Shown in pieces: positions 39,642-54,400 of a stretch of 64,000 nucleotides of DNA (its first letter is position 1; each line of letters starts with the position of its first letter). The translations under genes and the position numbers were made by a program. The DNA lies in NCBI GenBank assembly GCA_964057225.1, contig OZ059897.1:12338001-12402000 (forward strand). The letters run 5' to 3'. Below the pieces are notes generated by a model. The model was not told the DNA's origin. It did no database searches and was given only the letters and a program-made list of their open reading frames with translations. This DNA comes from Auanema rhodensis (Eukaryota; Animalia; Nematoda).

Positions 39642-40184
39642 GTAATGAGGAAGAATGAATAACACTTGATTATAAACTTAGAATTGCAAATGTATTCAAA
39701 TACAATAGATTTTCTACTTTTTGTTAACAGAAACTACTTCTAATATGGGAGAAATAACGGAAAATACAACCGAACATGACACTGCAACTAACATGAATGA
39801 AATTTTGATTTCGACCACGGTGCACTTCCTGTGTCGCATGGCTAGTCTTATTTTGACCTAATGGGTTCAAGATCGGTATGCATACAATGTATTTTTGCAA
39901 CACATTGAGATTTTATTCTAAAATCTTGATTATTTCATAGATTTCAAAATCGTTTTTAATTTTTGAATAGTTTCTTGGTTATGTGACAGCATAATTTTAA
40001 ATAAATTAAAAATTTATTACAAAAAGAAATAAAACGTATGAATTATAAACAAGATGAAACTGATAATTCGACGTTCAATGCACTTATTACGACCAGAAAT
40101 TGTGTGAAATAGTATGGACATTAGTTCATAAAAACTAGATAACACTAGAACAAAGTTTAGACGACGTTTAGAGAATACTAGTGT

Positions 40185-41584
40185 TTATGCTGTGTGAGGA
40201 ACAGAAGCCTTTGGCTCATAACCGTACAAGAAAGTTGACCCAATAACGACAGCAGCACCAATGATGAAGGTACTGCAAAGTAATTTACAATTCTTTAAAC
40301 TGATGTATAAACTTACAAAGATGGGCTGAGATCACCTAAGAAGAACCATGACAAGAAAGTTGAGATGATAATAGAGAGGGAAACAGCAAATCCTTTCAAG
40401 ATATTGTCAGCATACTTAACTACTAGAGCGATGACGAGACCACCATAAGCCTAAAAAGTGCAAGTTCTTTCAAATTGTCCGAATAAAGTTACATACTTGA
40501 AGCATTACAACAACCCAAATAATGTTATTATATCCTTGGAAAAATCCATTCTTATCAATAGCTTCATAATCATAAACATAACACATAAAGAATCCACCGA
40601 AAATTGAGAAAAAGGCTAAATAAAATATGAATTTTATAAAATATTGAATTCAAAAAAACCTAGTTGAAGATTTCTCATCCATAATGAGACGTTGGAGTTT
40701 TTCAATATCTTCTCGAAGTAAACTCCAGCGAAGCCAGACAAGAAACAGGCAGCAAGAACACAAAGAAGACCTGAAACAATAATCTAAAAAACCCAAAATA
40801 AAAATAATGAAACCAATGAAATTATCGCTGGAGTTACCAGTTTTCGCATTTCCACTATCGGGTCTCATCTATTAAGATAATATAATAATTAGTATCAAGA
40901 AAAGATTCTCATACTTGTACTAAAGCAACACCTCCGGTCAACAGGATTAGAGCAAACCATTTCAATCCACTCAACGATCTTTGAAGCATAACAACAGAGA
41001 AGAAAGCCGTAGTTAAGATTTTCAATTGATATGTCACCTAAGATGCAAAGTTATTTTAAAATTACAAAGTTTCCATATTTCACTTGATATGTTGCAGCAT
41101 CAAGTTTTGAGAGAGCCAAAAAGAGCAAATTGTTCTGGATAACATACAAGACGGCAGGTACAGCAACCTAAGTCAGAATTGAGAAAATAAATTTACATAA
41201 TCTAAATTCGAACCTTCAAGGTATCCCCTGGTTTAGAGAAAACGTCACGAGACAATTCCCCGCGAAAACCTGACCATCTCCAGCCTAATCAAGCAGAAAA
41301 TATTGTCAACTAATACAAGATTTTCGGACAAACCGTGATTATACCACAAAACAATAATGCAAGTCACAAATTTGACAACTTCAGCACATAATACGGCGGT
41401 AGAAGAGAGATATCTAGGTCCATCAGTAACCTGAAAAATAAAAATAAATTCTTCTAGCTTGTATGAATTAATAAACCTGCGTCCTAGAATACCGTAAAAT
41501 CAATACCAAAGCGGTTGTTTGAAGGATTAAAACAACAAGAGATATTAGCTTTAAATTATGATTGGGTGGTTGTTGAGTTCCCAT
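40185..41584 (-). CDS. nstp-4: SLC35A-family nucleotide-sugar transporter (SLC35A3-like UDP-GlcNAc/Gal type; probable nstp-4 ortholog)
   Basis: [102 protein letters not shown]. The family call is certain; the paralog symbol is less so. Confidence 0.88.
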
Positions 41585-42158
41585 TCTATCAGTATTAACC
41601 TGTAAAAAGACCATATGAGTTATAAAAGAAGCAATTGAGATAGTTCCGAAGAGATGTGGATATATAAAACACTGGACGTTTTAATGACAAAACCAATGAA
41701 AGAGAATTTCAATAGCACATATTATAAACAAAAGGAATCATCCACGTATTTCCACCAACTTTATTACAATATTTAAGCAAATAATACGAACAAAATATAA
41801 AAATTTCTGTCAGATTTCCAATATAAGCAACTACAAGTTCTATTGATAAAGTTGCTGATTCTAAATAAGGTCATATATCGATATCAGCATTTTTTCCATT
41901 ATTCTTACTCTCTTTCTCATAGTTTCTATGACTGTTCAAAAGCAATTCAATTCGGCAAAAAAAAAGAATTGTATTGAACTAACAATCATTCTTTTCATCT
42001 CATCAGATAAGGATTACGCAAATTATGAAAAGAGAATTAGTGTTCCGCTCACACTCAGACAAAATTGGAAAATATTTGTTAAAATAAAGACTATTTAGTA
42101 GAACGTTAAGTAAAACTCAATAGCAGTTTTAAGTTTCCAGTAGAGTGGTGTTCGTTCC

Positions 42159-42277
42159 CACGTAGTTTGTCAAGGCTATACCAATATGAAATACGTGAAA
42201 GAAATACGTGACGTACGTAATTTGACGTCACTAGTTTAATACGTCAAGGTTTAAACTTTATAAAATTTAATACGTCA
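42159..42277. promoter_or_regulatory. Dense cluster of eight ACGT-core sites (HRE-like TACGTG x3, CRE TGACGTCA, TACGTCA x2)
   Basis: ACGT cores at about 42160, 42193, 42206, 42211, 42215, 42225, 42241 and 42272 in otherwise CpG-poor DNA, 0.6-0.7 kb upstream of the nucleotide-sugar transporter. Confidence 0.5.
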
Positions 42278-45200
42278 AGATATAAAATTTAAAATAGGGT
42301 GGATGGTATTAAACGGATTTGGATATAGATTAGATATTATAGAAATAGTACTTACCTATTTGTAAATATTGTTTAATTCGTAGTATTAGATTATATTTCA
42401 CATTTATAACTTCTATACATATATGTATATATATAATTTTATACTATGTTAAATTTGTTTCAGCTATTCAAAACTTGCTGGAAAGATCAATTGTAAACAT
42501 TGACAACTTACTTGACTTCCATTAGATGCCGGAAGCAGAGGAATAGGATGGTCGGTTTCATTCGATTTCATTAGATGTTTGAACTACGTTGTCTCAGAAG
42601 TGCTGAACAGTCGTAGTTCTGATAGTCTCCTCCTACTTCTTGATTCATTCCTTCTCATCCATTTATGCATTTTAAAGTAATAAATGTAGAATGAAAAATA
42701 TAAATAAATATATAAATGTATGATATATTCAATTGAAAAAGATAATTTACTCCGATTACATCTCGAAGAACCGAGATCAGTAAGACCATACCAAGCTAAA
42801 GTGTGTGCCAAATTATTGTTTTACATGAAATACAAGTATAGTTAAAGATTCTCTATATATACATTTATATATATTTATAGTGTTCTGTATTTGAACGTTC
42901 ATTCAATATTTGTTGCTAATACATGCATTTTTCATGACTCATGAATCTGAGCCTGACTCTGAATCGTCATCTTTTGATTGTACAGTTAGCCTGATATCTG
43001 TAATATCATTGAATGTCGAAGTAAAATCTTATTACCAGCCTTATCTATATTTTCTTTTATAGAAAATTTGAATTTTTTTATCAATTATGCTTATATATAT
43101 ATCAATTACAGCTTTGATCACATTCCAATTGTTTCAGTGTTCCACATTCTTTTGTCAAATATAATTCTGTTAAATAGATTATATTTAAATGTACTAGTAT
43201 ATCTGATGGATATACATACTTATATGTATTATCATTGGAATATACTCTTCAAATCTTGTTTTCTTATCTAGATATCAATCAATAAATGTTGTTTACATAT
43301 AATATCAAATTTATGTGTATATGCAAAGTTTTCTAATTATTGTGATATATATATATATATTATCAGATATTAATAATATCTATGTTTGATAGAAAGGTAA
43401 TTGTTATATTCTTAAATTCTTTTTATTTGTTTTTATTTAAATAACCCATAAAGTATTACTTGAAAGTTTGTACGTGAAATGATTTTGCATCTGCAATAAT
43501 TGAAGCCAGCTAGACCAAATAATTTCCAAATTCAATTCCTGTAAAACATTAAAGACCAAGCAACTGGCGGTTTTCTTTTGTATTCTCCAAAAATAACCCA
43601 GAGGCTTAGCAGATGTAAAATTGGTTGTTCACAAATTATATTTATGCTCTTATCAAAGCAATTTCCGCCTCTGCATTAAACTCCAAAAGGTGACTAACAC
43701 ATCTGATAAATCATTTCTTATTGACACTGTAAGCAAAAAGAAAAATGTATTCCCACTCACTCCTTTTATAGTATTAATAAATATATTTGAATATTTTTTG
43801 TATAATATATTATAAATATATGTGATTACTTCTGTTATTGATAAGAATGTTGCTATATGATTCTATTTGAACATATGATTCTTAAATCATTTGATAAGAG
43901 AATAATGTGTTCCGATAATCTTAAAATATTGGCCGTTTTTCTTCAATATTTTAATAGAAAAATTTCACCTAATATAGTCATATTGTTCAAATTGAACGAT
44001 AAGAGGAAAATTTAAGCAATTCCACTTTATTCAGAAAAAAAAAGATATTTCTTTCTCTTAAACATTGTTGGTGATTAATCTTCGTTTCCACAGTTTTATT
44101 TACAGTTTCATCACCCTATATTTTGAAATATTTCTGGTAAGAAGTTAGATCCTTTTTTGCTTTAACTTTTCGAAACAAAAGATCGACCATAAGTACGATT
44201 ATCATGTCTCTCTCTCTATCTCTCTTTGTCGTTTGATCTATTTTCATTCTCTTCTAACTATTATTGTTCATCCAGCCGACCTAACCCTTTCATATACATA
44301 TATGTAATGTCAGCTCTATATCCTTACCTCTCTCTATCCCTTTCCTCAATATTTTTCTCTCTGTTTCTCGTCTTCCTCAATGTTCTCTATGTACTCCAGG
44401 TATATAATCTGAAGGTTTGGGCCAGTTGTCTGACCTCTGCCGATCTGCCAATAAATCTATTCTATTCTCTCTCACACTCTTTAGTACCAAATATGACCAG
44501 GTCATCTTATATGGTTTTCTCTCTCTTTTCTAACCATATGACCAATCAATAGCTGATATATCTAGTTATGCGTCGTTCGTCCTCGCGATTTACCGCATAA
44601 TATGGAATGATTGTCAAAAGTTATTTAATGGAATAAAAACGCTTTTTTTCAACATTTCGCGTCACCTTTGGCGATATACCAAAGTTTTTTTGTTTTTTTT
44701 TTCGATATAAATTGGTTGTTTTCATCTTATCGCATTATCCATCTCATCTGTAGAAAGAGCAAGTTGTTGAAGAGATCGTTTTCATTTTTTACAAATTCGT
44801 TTTCGTCTTTTGGCACGAAACAGAGAATCTAGCAGTTGTTCAGTCTCTGCAAAGTTTCAATCTTTATATTTTATGCCCTTTTTCATGTTTTTTCAAATGT
44901 TTTTACTCGTATTATGTGTAAAAAAATATATTTAGTTATTGATTTTTGTTTGATATTTGATGATATGTTATCTCATTTCCCACATTTGTTGATTCCCAAA
45001 TTCATTCATTCATTCATTGATTTATTCATTTTTTTCCTATTTAATAATTTTATTATTTGATTATTCATCATCAGCTACATCATCATCATCATCAACATTA
45101 ATACTTTTCCGTAGCTTTAATTCTTTTGAGAAATACATGACGCTAGTAGCTTTTCCCCTTCTTCTTATCTAGCAATAAATCGTTGGATAACCTGCTAGCT

Positions 45201-46197
45201 AAAATGCGTTTTTCATTTCCAAATCATCTCAACTTCCATTTTCTACTTTAAATGTTCATTTTACATATTTTCTATTTATTATATGTTGAATCTTTTGTTT
45301 AATAATATTTATTTATAAAATTAAAAAAAACTATACTATATACTATGTATAGTAATATATAAAAATGTTTCTGCTGTTCCAACCTATTTGTTTATTTAGT
45401 AGTTCATTCAAGGCTAACAATTTTTTTCAACATTTTGTTTTGAATTTTCTCTCTAATGTGAGAAAAGAAGCAAATATTTTAAAATTTCATGTTCAATTTA
45501 CATTCAAAGTGCCTTTTTTGCACAAAATGTTTTATCACTAAAGATCTATTGCTCGTGTTATTCACTTGTCCTTCTCTGCTTCTAATTTCGTTTTTCATTT
45601 TTTCTCCTCGCATGACCAATGAATTCTACATATTCTTTCTTAAATATAAAAAAAATATATTTAACATGTTTAATATCTCATGTTCATCTTTGTACCCTAT
45701 ATTCTATGAATTTCTTCTCTATATAGCAATTTCCATTACATCATTTTCCTACATGCTACTACTAGTGCCGCCAATTCCCCATATGTATGTATCTCCACCC
45801 TCTTCTCTGTTCCATTTCCCACTGCTCCTTTCGTTTGTTTAGTCGGAATACACCTATTTTTCTTTTATGCAAATCTGAAAACGAAAAGAATATGTGAAAG
45901 CTGTCTCCATTTATTGGCAAATCATTTCCTCATTCATTTATTCAATTTGAATTATTAGAAAGGTAGATAATTATATATCTAACTATATATCTATCTATCT
46001 ATCTATTACTAAAACGGATCAAGCTTAAAGATTTATGATAAAAACAGTATAACTGTGTTTTTCTTTTTCTTTTTGTTTGATCGAGTCATGTGTTCCCTCT
46101 TTGATGTAGTGGTGATGCTTCTGCTGTTGCTGCACATCAGATTTCTTTTCATGTCCTGTTTTCTTGTATCTTACCAATCGTTTAAGACAAGAAAGAA

Positions 46198-46229
<32 letters not shown>

Positions 46230-48361
46230 GTCACAATCTAAGCATATTGTTCACGAGGAAGTTGAAAATCATGATGATGATGATGATCGTATGAGGAAGA
46301 AGTCAAAAACTTCTTTATAACATTGCTTGAATTGCCGTGACATTAGTGTTATAGAATGACCTCTTTCATTGTAGTCAACTAGTTGCATGGTTCGTTCACT
46401 CATAGATCATCGTCCGTCTAGAATAGCTATTAATGATGATTTTTCTTTACCTCACTGCTTTTCTTACTTTATTTTCTTTTAATCTTTGGTTAGAAACAGA
46501 CAAAAATCCTTTAATAGTTTCATCTTTTTTTCTCTTAAAAAGCGTAAAGCCCCCAATTAGCCGATCATCCACGATTAAAACTTTAGGATTATTTGAAAGC
46601 TTAATTGAATATGAAACGTGTTGAAGTTCATAGAAAAATATAAAAAGAAGAAGAATATCTTTCATCTTGAAGATAAATCGACTATGTTTTCTTAATGTGA
46701 TGAAGAGATAGAAAGAATCTTTTATGACACTCACTTGAACGATTCTGATATCTTCTTTGTCTTCATGAAATAATATAAATGTAACTTTTCTGAAACTATG
46801 CTATTTATATGACAATACTAGTCATATAGTAAAGAAAAGGCAAAAAAAGAACAACGGTGAATAGATTTATTGCAATTGAATGGAATTCTGTCTGTACCTG
46901 TTTTACTCGGTAGTGGATTGCTATACCAATAGAATAACTAAGTTATTATCATCATCTTCATCCCACCAAGGCAAAAGCAGAAGAAACTGGATAGTTGATT
47001 GTTCATGCAAACAGAACAGAAGACGATCGTATCAGTAGCAGAAGCATCCTGAGGACCTTCAAGCTGAATTTTCGCATTGCAAATAGAGTCAAATATCAAA
47101 ACACAGAACGTTTTCTCATTGGTCGCTCATCAGCGTCGCCATCGTCGTCGTCCTCGTAGTCGTCTTTTTCATCTTCGTATACTTCAACCAGTTTCTCACA
47201 TTCTATTTCATATATTATTATATATATATATATTGAAAAAAAAAGAATTCTATTAAAACATAATATTTTTTATTTTTCTTAATTATTTCTTTATTAGGCA
47301 ATTTTTTTTCATACAGTGTAAGTGTATAAGACAAATTTTGATATATTTCATTTCACATTATTTACTTTGTCTGTTCTTCTTGCTTCTTGAACGTTCTCAC
47401 AAAAACTTTTTAGCCTCATCATTTCGTTGTTCTTCAGCAATGTACCCTTTGACAATTCAAAATGTGTTATATCGTATGTGAGTTCGTAGTCTTGTCATGT
47501 TCCACTTGCCATCTCAATATTAAAGCATTGAGGAAGTTTTTTTGCAGTTTGTCCTTTGTCTACCCTTCCTTGTTGTTTGTTGCTTTCATTGATTCCACTA
47601 ATATTACCTCCATTGATATCCTCAGATGTTTTTTTTAACCATCTATCTATGACTAATTATTATGTTTTTTAATTAAATTTTGGAATACTTTATAGCTTTG
47701 TCTTTATAGCTCATGGTATAATCTGTATGTTACTTATCAATTTTTGCCTCTTCTTACCTTTTTTCTTCATTTTCTTCTGCAATTTTCTCGATGACTGATG
47801 AGAGAAAAGCTTTCGGCAGCTATGGAAATCGTATATTATGTACACAGCTGGCTATTAGCTGCTTGCTACCTTAGAGGACTGAAAAGACTTCCAATTCTTT
47901 ATATTGCTCCCTTTGGCCTTTGCCTCTCTTTTGGTTCTTTAGCTAAGCTAGAAAGGTCATTATTCCGGAAAAATTATTCAATTTCTTTAGAATATTTATT
48001 ATGTATTTTCTTATTATTTAACTATATTAAATCAATAATTTTGCAATTATTTCAAAAAAAAAATTAATTGATCAGATATAGTAAATCTTATAATTATATT
48101 AATTTTATATGTTTTTTCTCTAATTCATAACAGAGTCAAAATATAAATGATTATCACAATGACGTCCATTCGTGCTAATTTGCCATTTTCACAAATATTT
48201 TCAAATTTTTTTTCTTTTTTCCTTCTCCTTATTCTTTACTTTTCCTTTTTTTTTGTTGCTATTGGAGATTCTTTCTTTCTTTTCGTTGAAATTTCTTTTT
48301 TTAGTTTTCCTTTGTAAATTTCATAATTTTAAAGAAAACCTAAACAAATCTTTATTTCAGG

Positions 48362-49857
48362 ATGAATAGTTTAACATGCTCAGAGCCAGAGAAGAATATA
48401 CATAAGTTGATGTACGCTCAAATTTTCGCTGAATATGGTCAGAGTGTAATCATACGACGTTATGGTACATCGTCTCTTGGTCAACATTATTGTATATTTA
48501 CGAGAAAACGATTACTAGGTGGCTATGTGGTGAGAATCGATTGAAAAATGCATAAAAACTAATTATATGTTTGTTTAAAGACGGAAATGATAACAGCAAA
48601 TGCTAGAAATAGGCCTTTCATCTCATTACCATTCAAGGTATTTTAATAAATTGAAAAGATTTTAATTTGATATAAATTAAGATCTCAAGTGTACAAGTCT
48701 TAGAAGAAGCTCAATTTTTTGTTCAAAATGTCTGTCAGATTCTTAGCAATCTTCATGATTTTTCACTAGGAGCCCAGCCACAAGGCATGTGTATTCCAAT
48801 AGGAAAGGATATGATGCAGGTATGAATTGAGTACTCTATCATGTTTCCTGTTTCAAACGATTATTTTGATGCAAAAATGCTGAATTTCTTATTTTCTTAC
48901 CAATTTTTTCATGTGATATCTTGTAATAAACGATGACGATGATGTCGTCTTACATGAATAGTTCATTCAAAACATAGGCTTAGACATCAAAAACTTGAAA
49001 TTTACGTCAAAAATTGCGTGATTTCATCTGTAATTCATATTTAAGTTGTTTAATAATGCAATATTGAATATACATCTATATGTATTTGCCTACTTTCAGT
49101 TTGACTTGTTAACAGAAGATGTTCAAAAATTTCCAGCAAAATGTTTAGAAATTGGTTAGTAGAAACTAACTTTTTAAATTTTAAACAAATATAATTACAG
49201 GAGATGAACTATTTGTTGAATGTGTTTTATCTGGAATAACCTTTTATCATTCTGGAGTTTATGCTGGAGCTGGCAATGTTTATCATTTCATGAGCAATAA
49301 CCGTAAGAATTATAAAAATATTTAATTTCGTTTTAATCAAATATAACTAATTTTCTATAATTATTAGTATAATTAATATTTTTTTTCAGAAGAAGTTGAT
49401 TCAACTATTGTTTCCTGTCTTTCAACATTTGCTCGAACTCCTGCTTCAGTACTATGTGATGCTTTTTATGACTTTGTTCATGCTTTAGTTGAATCAAATA
49501 ACGGTAAACATATATTAAATTTGAAAAATAAATATTATAATATTCATTAAAGGATCAGGACCTCGTGTTTTTCGTGTAACACATCCTTTCCGTTGTAGAT
49601 CAGGAGATGAAATTATTTCTGAATGTGAACGATTAGCAGGGGTATATCAAAATCTTTTATATAATATTAATTTATTTTGTTTGTTATAGGAATGGCATTG
49701 GTATGATATTAGGAATCGAAACTGTCAACATTTTTCTTCATTTTGTTCAACTGGAGCAATGATATCATATGATATGGAAAATAATTTAAAATACTTAGCT
49801 TGTACATTACTTCGACCATCAGGTCGATTAGTTGCTCCCAAATTTCATAATTTGTAA
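48362..49857 (+). CDS. egl-26: EGL-26, LRAT/NlpC-P60 family acyltransferase-like protein
   Basis: IHKLMYAQI...RRYG...TEMIT...LPFKISS; H-box GDELFV...FYHSGVYAG; NC motif YDIRNRNCQHFSSFCSTG...SYDMENNLKYLACTLLRP. These match C. elegans EGL-26 as recalled. Confidence 0.92.
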
Positions 49858-51441
49858 ATTTGTCATGCTTTTCATCAATCTCTAAATTGTTTTTGAGATT
49901 TTGTAAAGCATCGAATGAGCTATAGTTCGAAGATCTTCATCAGCCAGAATACTTTCAATAATTTTTTAAAAGAGAATTTATGCAGAAAAAATAGTAAATT
50001 TAACTATTATGACATTTTACCTCAGTAATGTCTATGGGTTAATTAATAATGCTGATTGTAATCAACATTTCTTCAATTTACCTAACATTCGATGTATATA
50101 GTGTTTGATCTCTCTTCCATTCTTTTTTTTTTTAATTTTAAAAATATAAACCTTTATATATGATTGTGATATACAATAACTTAATTTATTACATTAAAGC
50201 TTTAAGAATAATTCTTTATATTTTATAATACTTTGTATTAAAAATCATATAAATTTCCTTTTTTTTTCTTTTTTCAAATCTTTTACTTCATTTTTTCAAA
50301 AAAAAAGTGTTATTCTATGTACGAATGCAGAAGGAAAATGAATAAGTACTCGGATATGGTCGAAAGGTGAAGTATGGGGGTATAGTCGGAAATTTCCGGA
50401 CCTCCTCCTTTATAGCAAAAATGTTATTTGAATAGACATGTCTAAACTCCAATTAGAGAGCAATTGTATTGAATGGCTAAAAACAAAAACTTTCTACTAA
50501 AAACATCAAAGTTCAAGCTTTGAATTTTGTTTTTTGATCTCGAAAAAATGAGATTCTTAGATGTTTCTTTAAGAAAAAAACGCAAATGTACATTCATTTG
50601 ATGTCAATAAGTATATTAATGAAAACATGAAAGAAGAATTATCAAAATTTGAACTAATAAATAATAGTTAAAGGACTATTTCTAAATAAATTAAAAAATT
50701 AAAAACGTAATTAAATGAGAAAGAGAGAGAGTGAGTGAATCCGGATATTGTCAAGTATTCTTTTCAAAGCTTTAATTTAAAAATATAAATCAATAACTTA
50801 TTATAACTAATAATTAAAAATTAAATAATAATATAATAAAATCTTTTCAAAAACTCATTTTGGATTATACTATGTAAAGTCAAAAAAAGTTAAAGTGATA
50901 CTTTTTATTTGTTAATCTTATTATGTTTTTTTTTTGTATAAAACCTTGTACAAAATGATAAATTTTAATTATAATTATATAATAATTAGAGTTTGATCAA
51001 TGAAATTTATAATCTAATTAATCTAAAAATATATTTATTACATAAAATGATTTCAACAAAAAATGAACAACGAACAATATCACGCTATGATTATCGCTGG
51101 CTACTTTGTTGCAAAGTATGATGAAGGATGTGAAGATTACCCAAAATAAATGAAATTTTAGAAAAAAAATAAATAATTGATATGATTAATTTAAACAAAG
51201 TTGAAAGATAATTTAAGAAAGAAAAAATAGAGATAGAGTGTCTGTAAATAAGGAAGAGAGAGAGAGAGAGAAAGATAGAAAGAGAGAGAGAGAGAGAGAG
51301 AGCAAGAAAGAGGAAGTGAAAGTAGAAATAATATATTTATGAATATTAGCAATATTATGAGTTCTGATTGAAATATGCATGGTAATGTGTGCATTTAAAC
51401 ATAATTTCCTTTATTGTTTTCATTAAATTCTTCAAAAAATT

Positions 51442-54400
51442 CTAGGGTGAATGAGATAATAGAATGCGTACGAGCATCACAGTTATAGTTATGGCAACTC
51501 CTAATGATACAGCCAAATGAGTGAAGAAAACGATTAAACGAAGAGATTGATGCTGTAATAGAATATATACATGTAAATTACAATAAAATTCTATATTTAC
51601 TGTTTTTCCTCCTGTTTGAGCTTCGCTAGATGGTCCATTCATGGTTGATAAAGCCATTCCACTTGGCCCTAGAACATAGTCAACTGGCTGAATATCTGCT
51701 GCAAAACAGCAACACTTCCCATAGTTTTTATTAATTATTACAAAAAAATAACTCAATATAAACATAATTAACTAAGGAAGTGAGGCTAAATATGATGAAT
51801 GACTCACCAGTTTTTTCAAATCTTCTATCATTATTGGATGAAATCATTTCGAGAACAACGTTACAGAATAAAAAGAAGGCAATATAACCTCCCATTATCC
51901 AATTAGGTATATGACCATAATACGAATTTAATCCTGTTTTGCCTAATGGCAATGCCAAAATGAATGTTACACCTAGATTATATGAATTTCTTTCTTATTG
52001 TTTCTTGTAATTTACTTGCTAAAGTCCAGGCAGTCATACCGATTAGCCAATGAATCCAATTGAATGCTGGTCGTCGTTCTGAATTTGGAGAAGGTCGAAG
52101 GAATGCAATGAATGGTTGAAGAATAGCTAAAACAGTTGCTCCAAATCCAGTAATGGCATGCATTTTCTTGGACCAACTCTATTAACCAAAGGATTATAGA
52201 AATTTTAATTAGATATATCACTTACATCACTTTCACATCGATATGTGCATTCATACCATTTCCAACTAGCTTGATAATAAATGAAAATTACAGCTAATAT
52301 TTGAAGAATGACAGATATAATAAAAAGATTTCTATGTAACTATAAATATAATAAAATATAATTTTCAATTTTTAAACGAATAATACCTGATACCATACAG
52401 CAGTTCCTAAAATTTTGGTACGTGGAAAGAGTGGTTTGAAGTATCTAGCTATAAGAATAGCTGATGATCCTAGAACCCACCAAGCAAGAAGTAATGCGAC
52501 ACCTTTAATATATTATATTTTATTATTTATTTCATAATATTACCATGTAATACAGCAATACGATAACGCCAATAACGTGTAACTCTTGTTTGAAACATCT
52601 CTGTGATTTGAATCAGCTCACTGTTTTCGTTCGTACAATTATTACGACAGAAAGAGACCTTTAATAGATTTTATTTATAAACTTCAAAGTATTTCATTGA
52701 ATTACCGTATTTTCCGAAATCCAGGGGAATTTATCATCATCATTAACAGAATGTATGTTCTTTTCAAGTGCTAAAATAAGTATTTTCCATGAAATTGATG
52801 GAAAAATGATTAAATCTTACTGTATGGATCAGCCATTCCTCTGGCAAAAAGGAGATAGTGTGGCTCAGATTCAATATCATGAATCTAAAATTATAAGATT
52901 CATTGTTAAAATACTGTTTTGTCGATTATAAATATTTCAATCTTTGGTTTTTCCAAAATAAATGCTCAAACTTCAATATTTCTACATTAATTCAACTTTT
53001 ATTTTAATATTTTCTTTTTAATATTTATAAAATTGATTATTTTATTACTTACCATATACCGAGATGTATTATCAACTTTATCAACGTTGTCAAGTAAAAT
53101 TTTCCCAGAACATGATAGAATGCCATCAACAACAGAAGAAGCTGTCTCTGATAAGAGTACCGAAGAAGGCTAAAATTTTATTTTTTTTTTCAAGTTTTGA
53201 ATTATTCACGAAAGAGTTGATAAAGATAGAATGATAAGACTTACACACATTATTCTTGTTTGATTTGGATTCATTTACCCACTTTATTATAAACTTTCAA
53301 CCACTTTTATTTTCAAGAAATATTTAAATCTTATTTTTTCTTTTCAATCCATTTTTTTCAAAAAAAAATTATATTTAATAACCTGATGAAGAACTTCATT
53401 TGATGTTCCATCGTTGAATGATAAACGAATTACAGTGGATCCTTTAACAGGCTGAACACATTCAAATACCATATCATCGTCCTAAATTAATTTTTTTATT
53501 TTTGCATTTACAAGAATATTTACCATTTTTTGGTTATAACTGAAGCCTAGAGCTACATAATATGCTCCTAATTCAGAAATATCACTGATAACGGATTCTA
53601 ACTAAAAATTTTTTTTCAATTTCTTTTTAATTTAAAAAAAATCTCACAGATATTTGAATACCATCAGGTGTCATCTGCCACCTAACGGCTGATAAGCACT
53701 TCTGTTGAGCATTTTCTTGGCATTCAGGTGGATGATGCCAACAAGATTCGGTAACTTTACAAGTTTTGAAAGAAAAAACGGCTAGACATGGCACCTATAA
53801 TGTTTTAAGCTTAATTTTGCGTTTTCTTAAAGTTTTTTGTTTCTTGTTAGTATTGATATATTGATATTTTTAAAATCATATATTATACATATAACATTTA
53901 GTAATATAGTAATGCATATTATGAAAATTAATGCTTTGATTATGATATTTTATGTTTTTGTGCTATCTAATCAACAAAAAAACTTTTCTTTATAACTATT
54001 TGATTGTCTATTTCTCTCTAATTTCCTCATTCTTTTATATCAATTTGGTAGTAAGCCTATAGCATTTTATTAGGTTCACATGATGATGTTATCAAGGAAC
54101 ATAACAACTTTTTTTTTTCGATAAATAAAGAATCTTATCATTCAGATGATATGATAAACATCATAGAAAGTTATATAAAAGGACATCAAGTAGGCTGAAT
54201 ATATAATCAAGCACTTATTTCTTTATATGTTCTTGTTAACTATATATCTATTCTATATATGCAGAACGTTCCACTATTCATACCGAAAACATGATCAGTT
54301 AACATCAAGTATCTTCCACATAATACCAGATTTTCTCTCTTTCTATCTCTCTCTATCAATCTCTCTCTCTCTATCTTCCTATGCGTTTAACTATGTCCAT

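Noticed and set aside
42800-48300. Numerous 60-117 aa F/I/L/Y-rich ORFs
   Set aside because: Compositional artefacts of AT-rich non-coding DNA upstream of egl-26, with no coherent splice structure.
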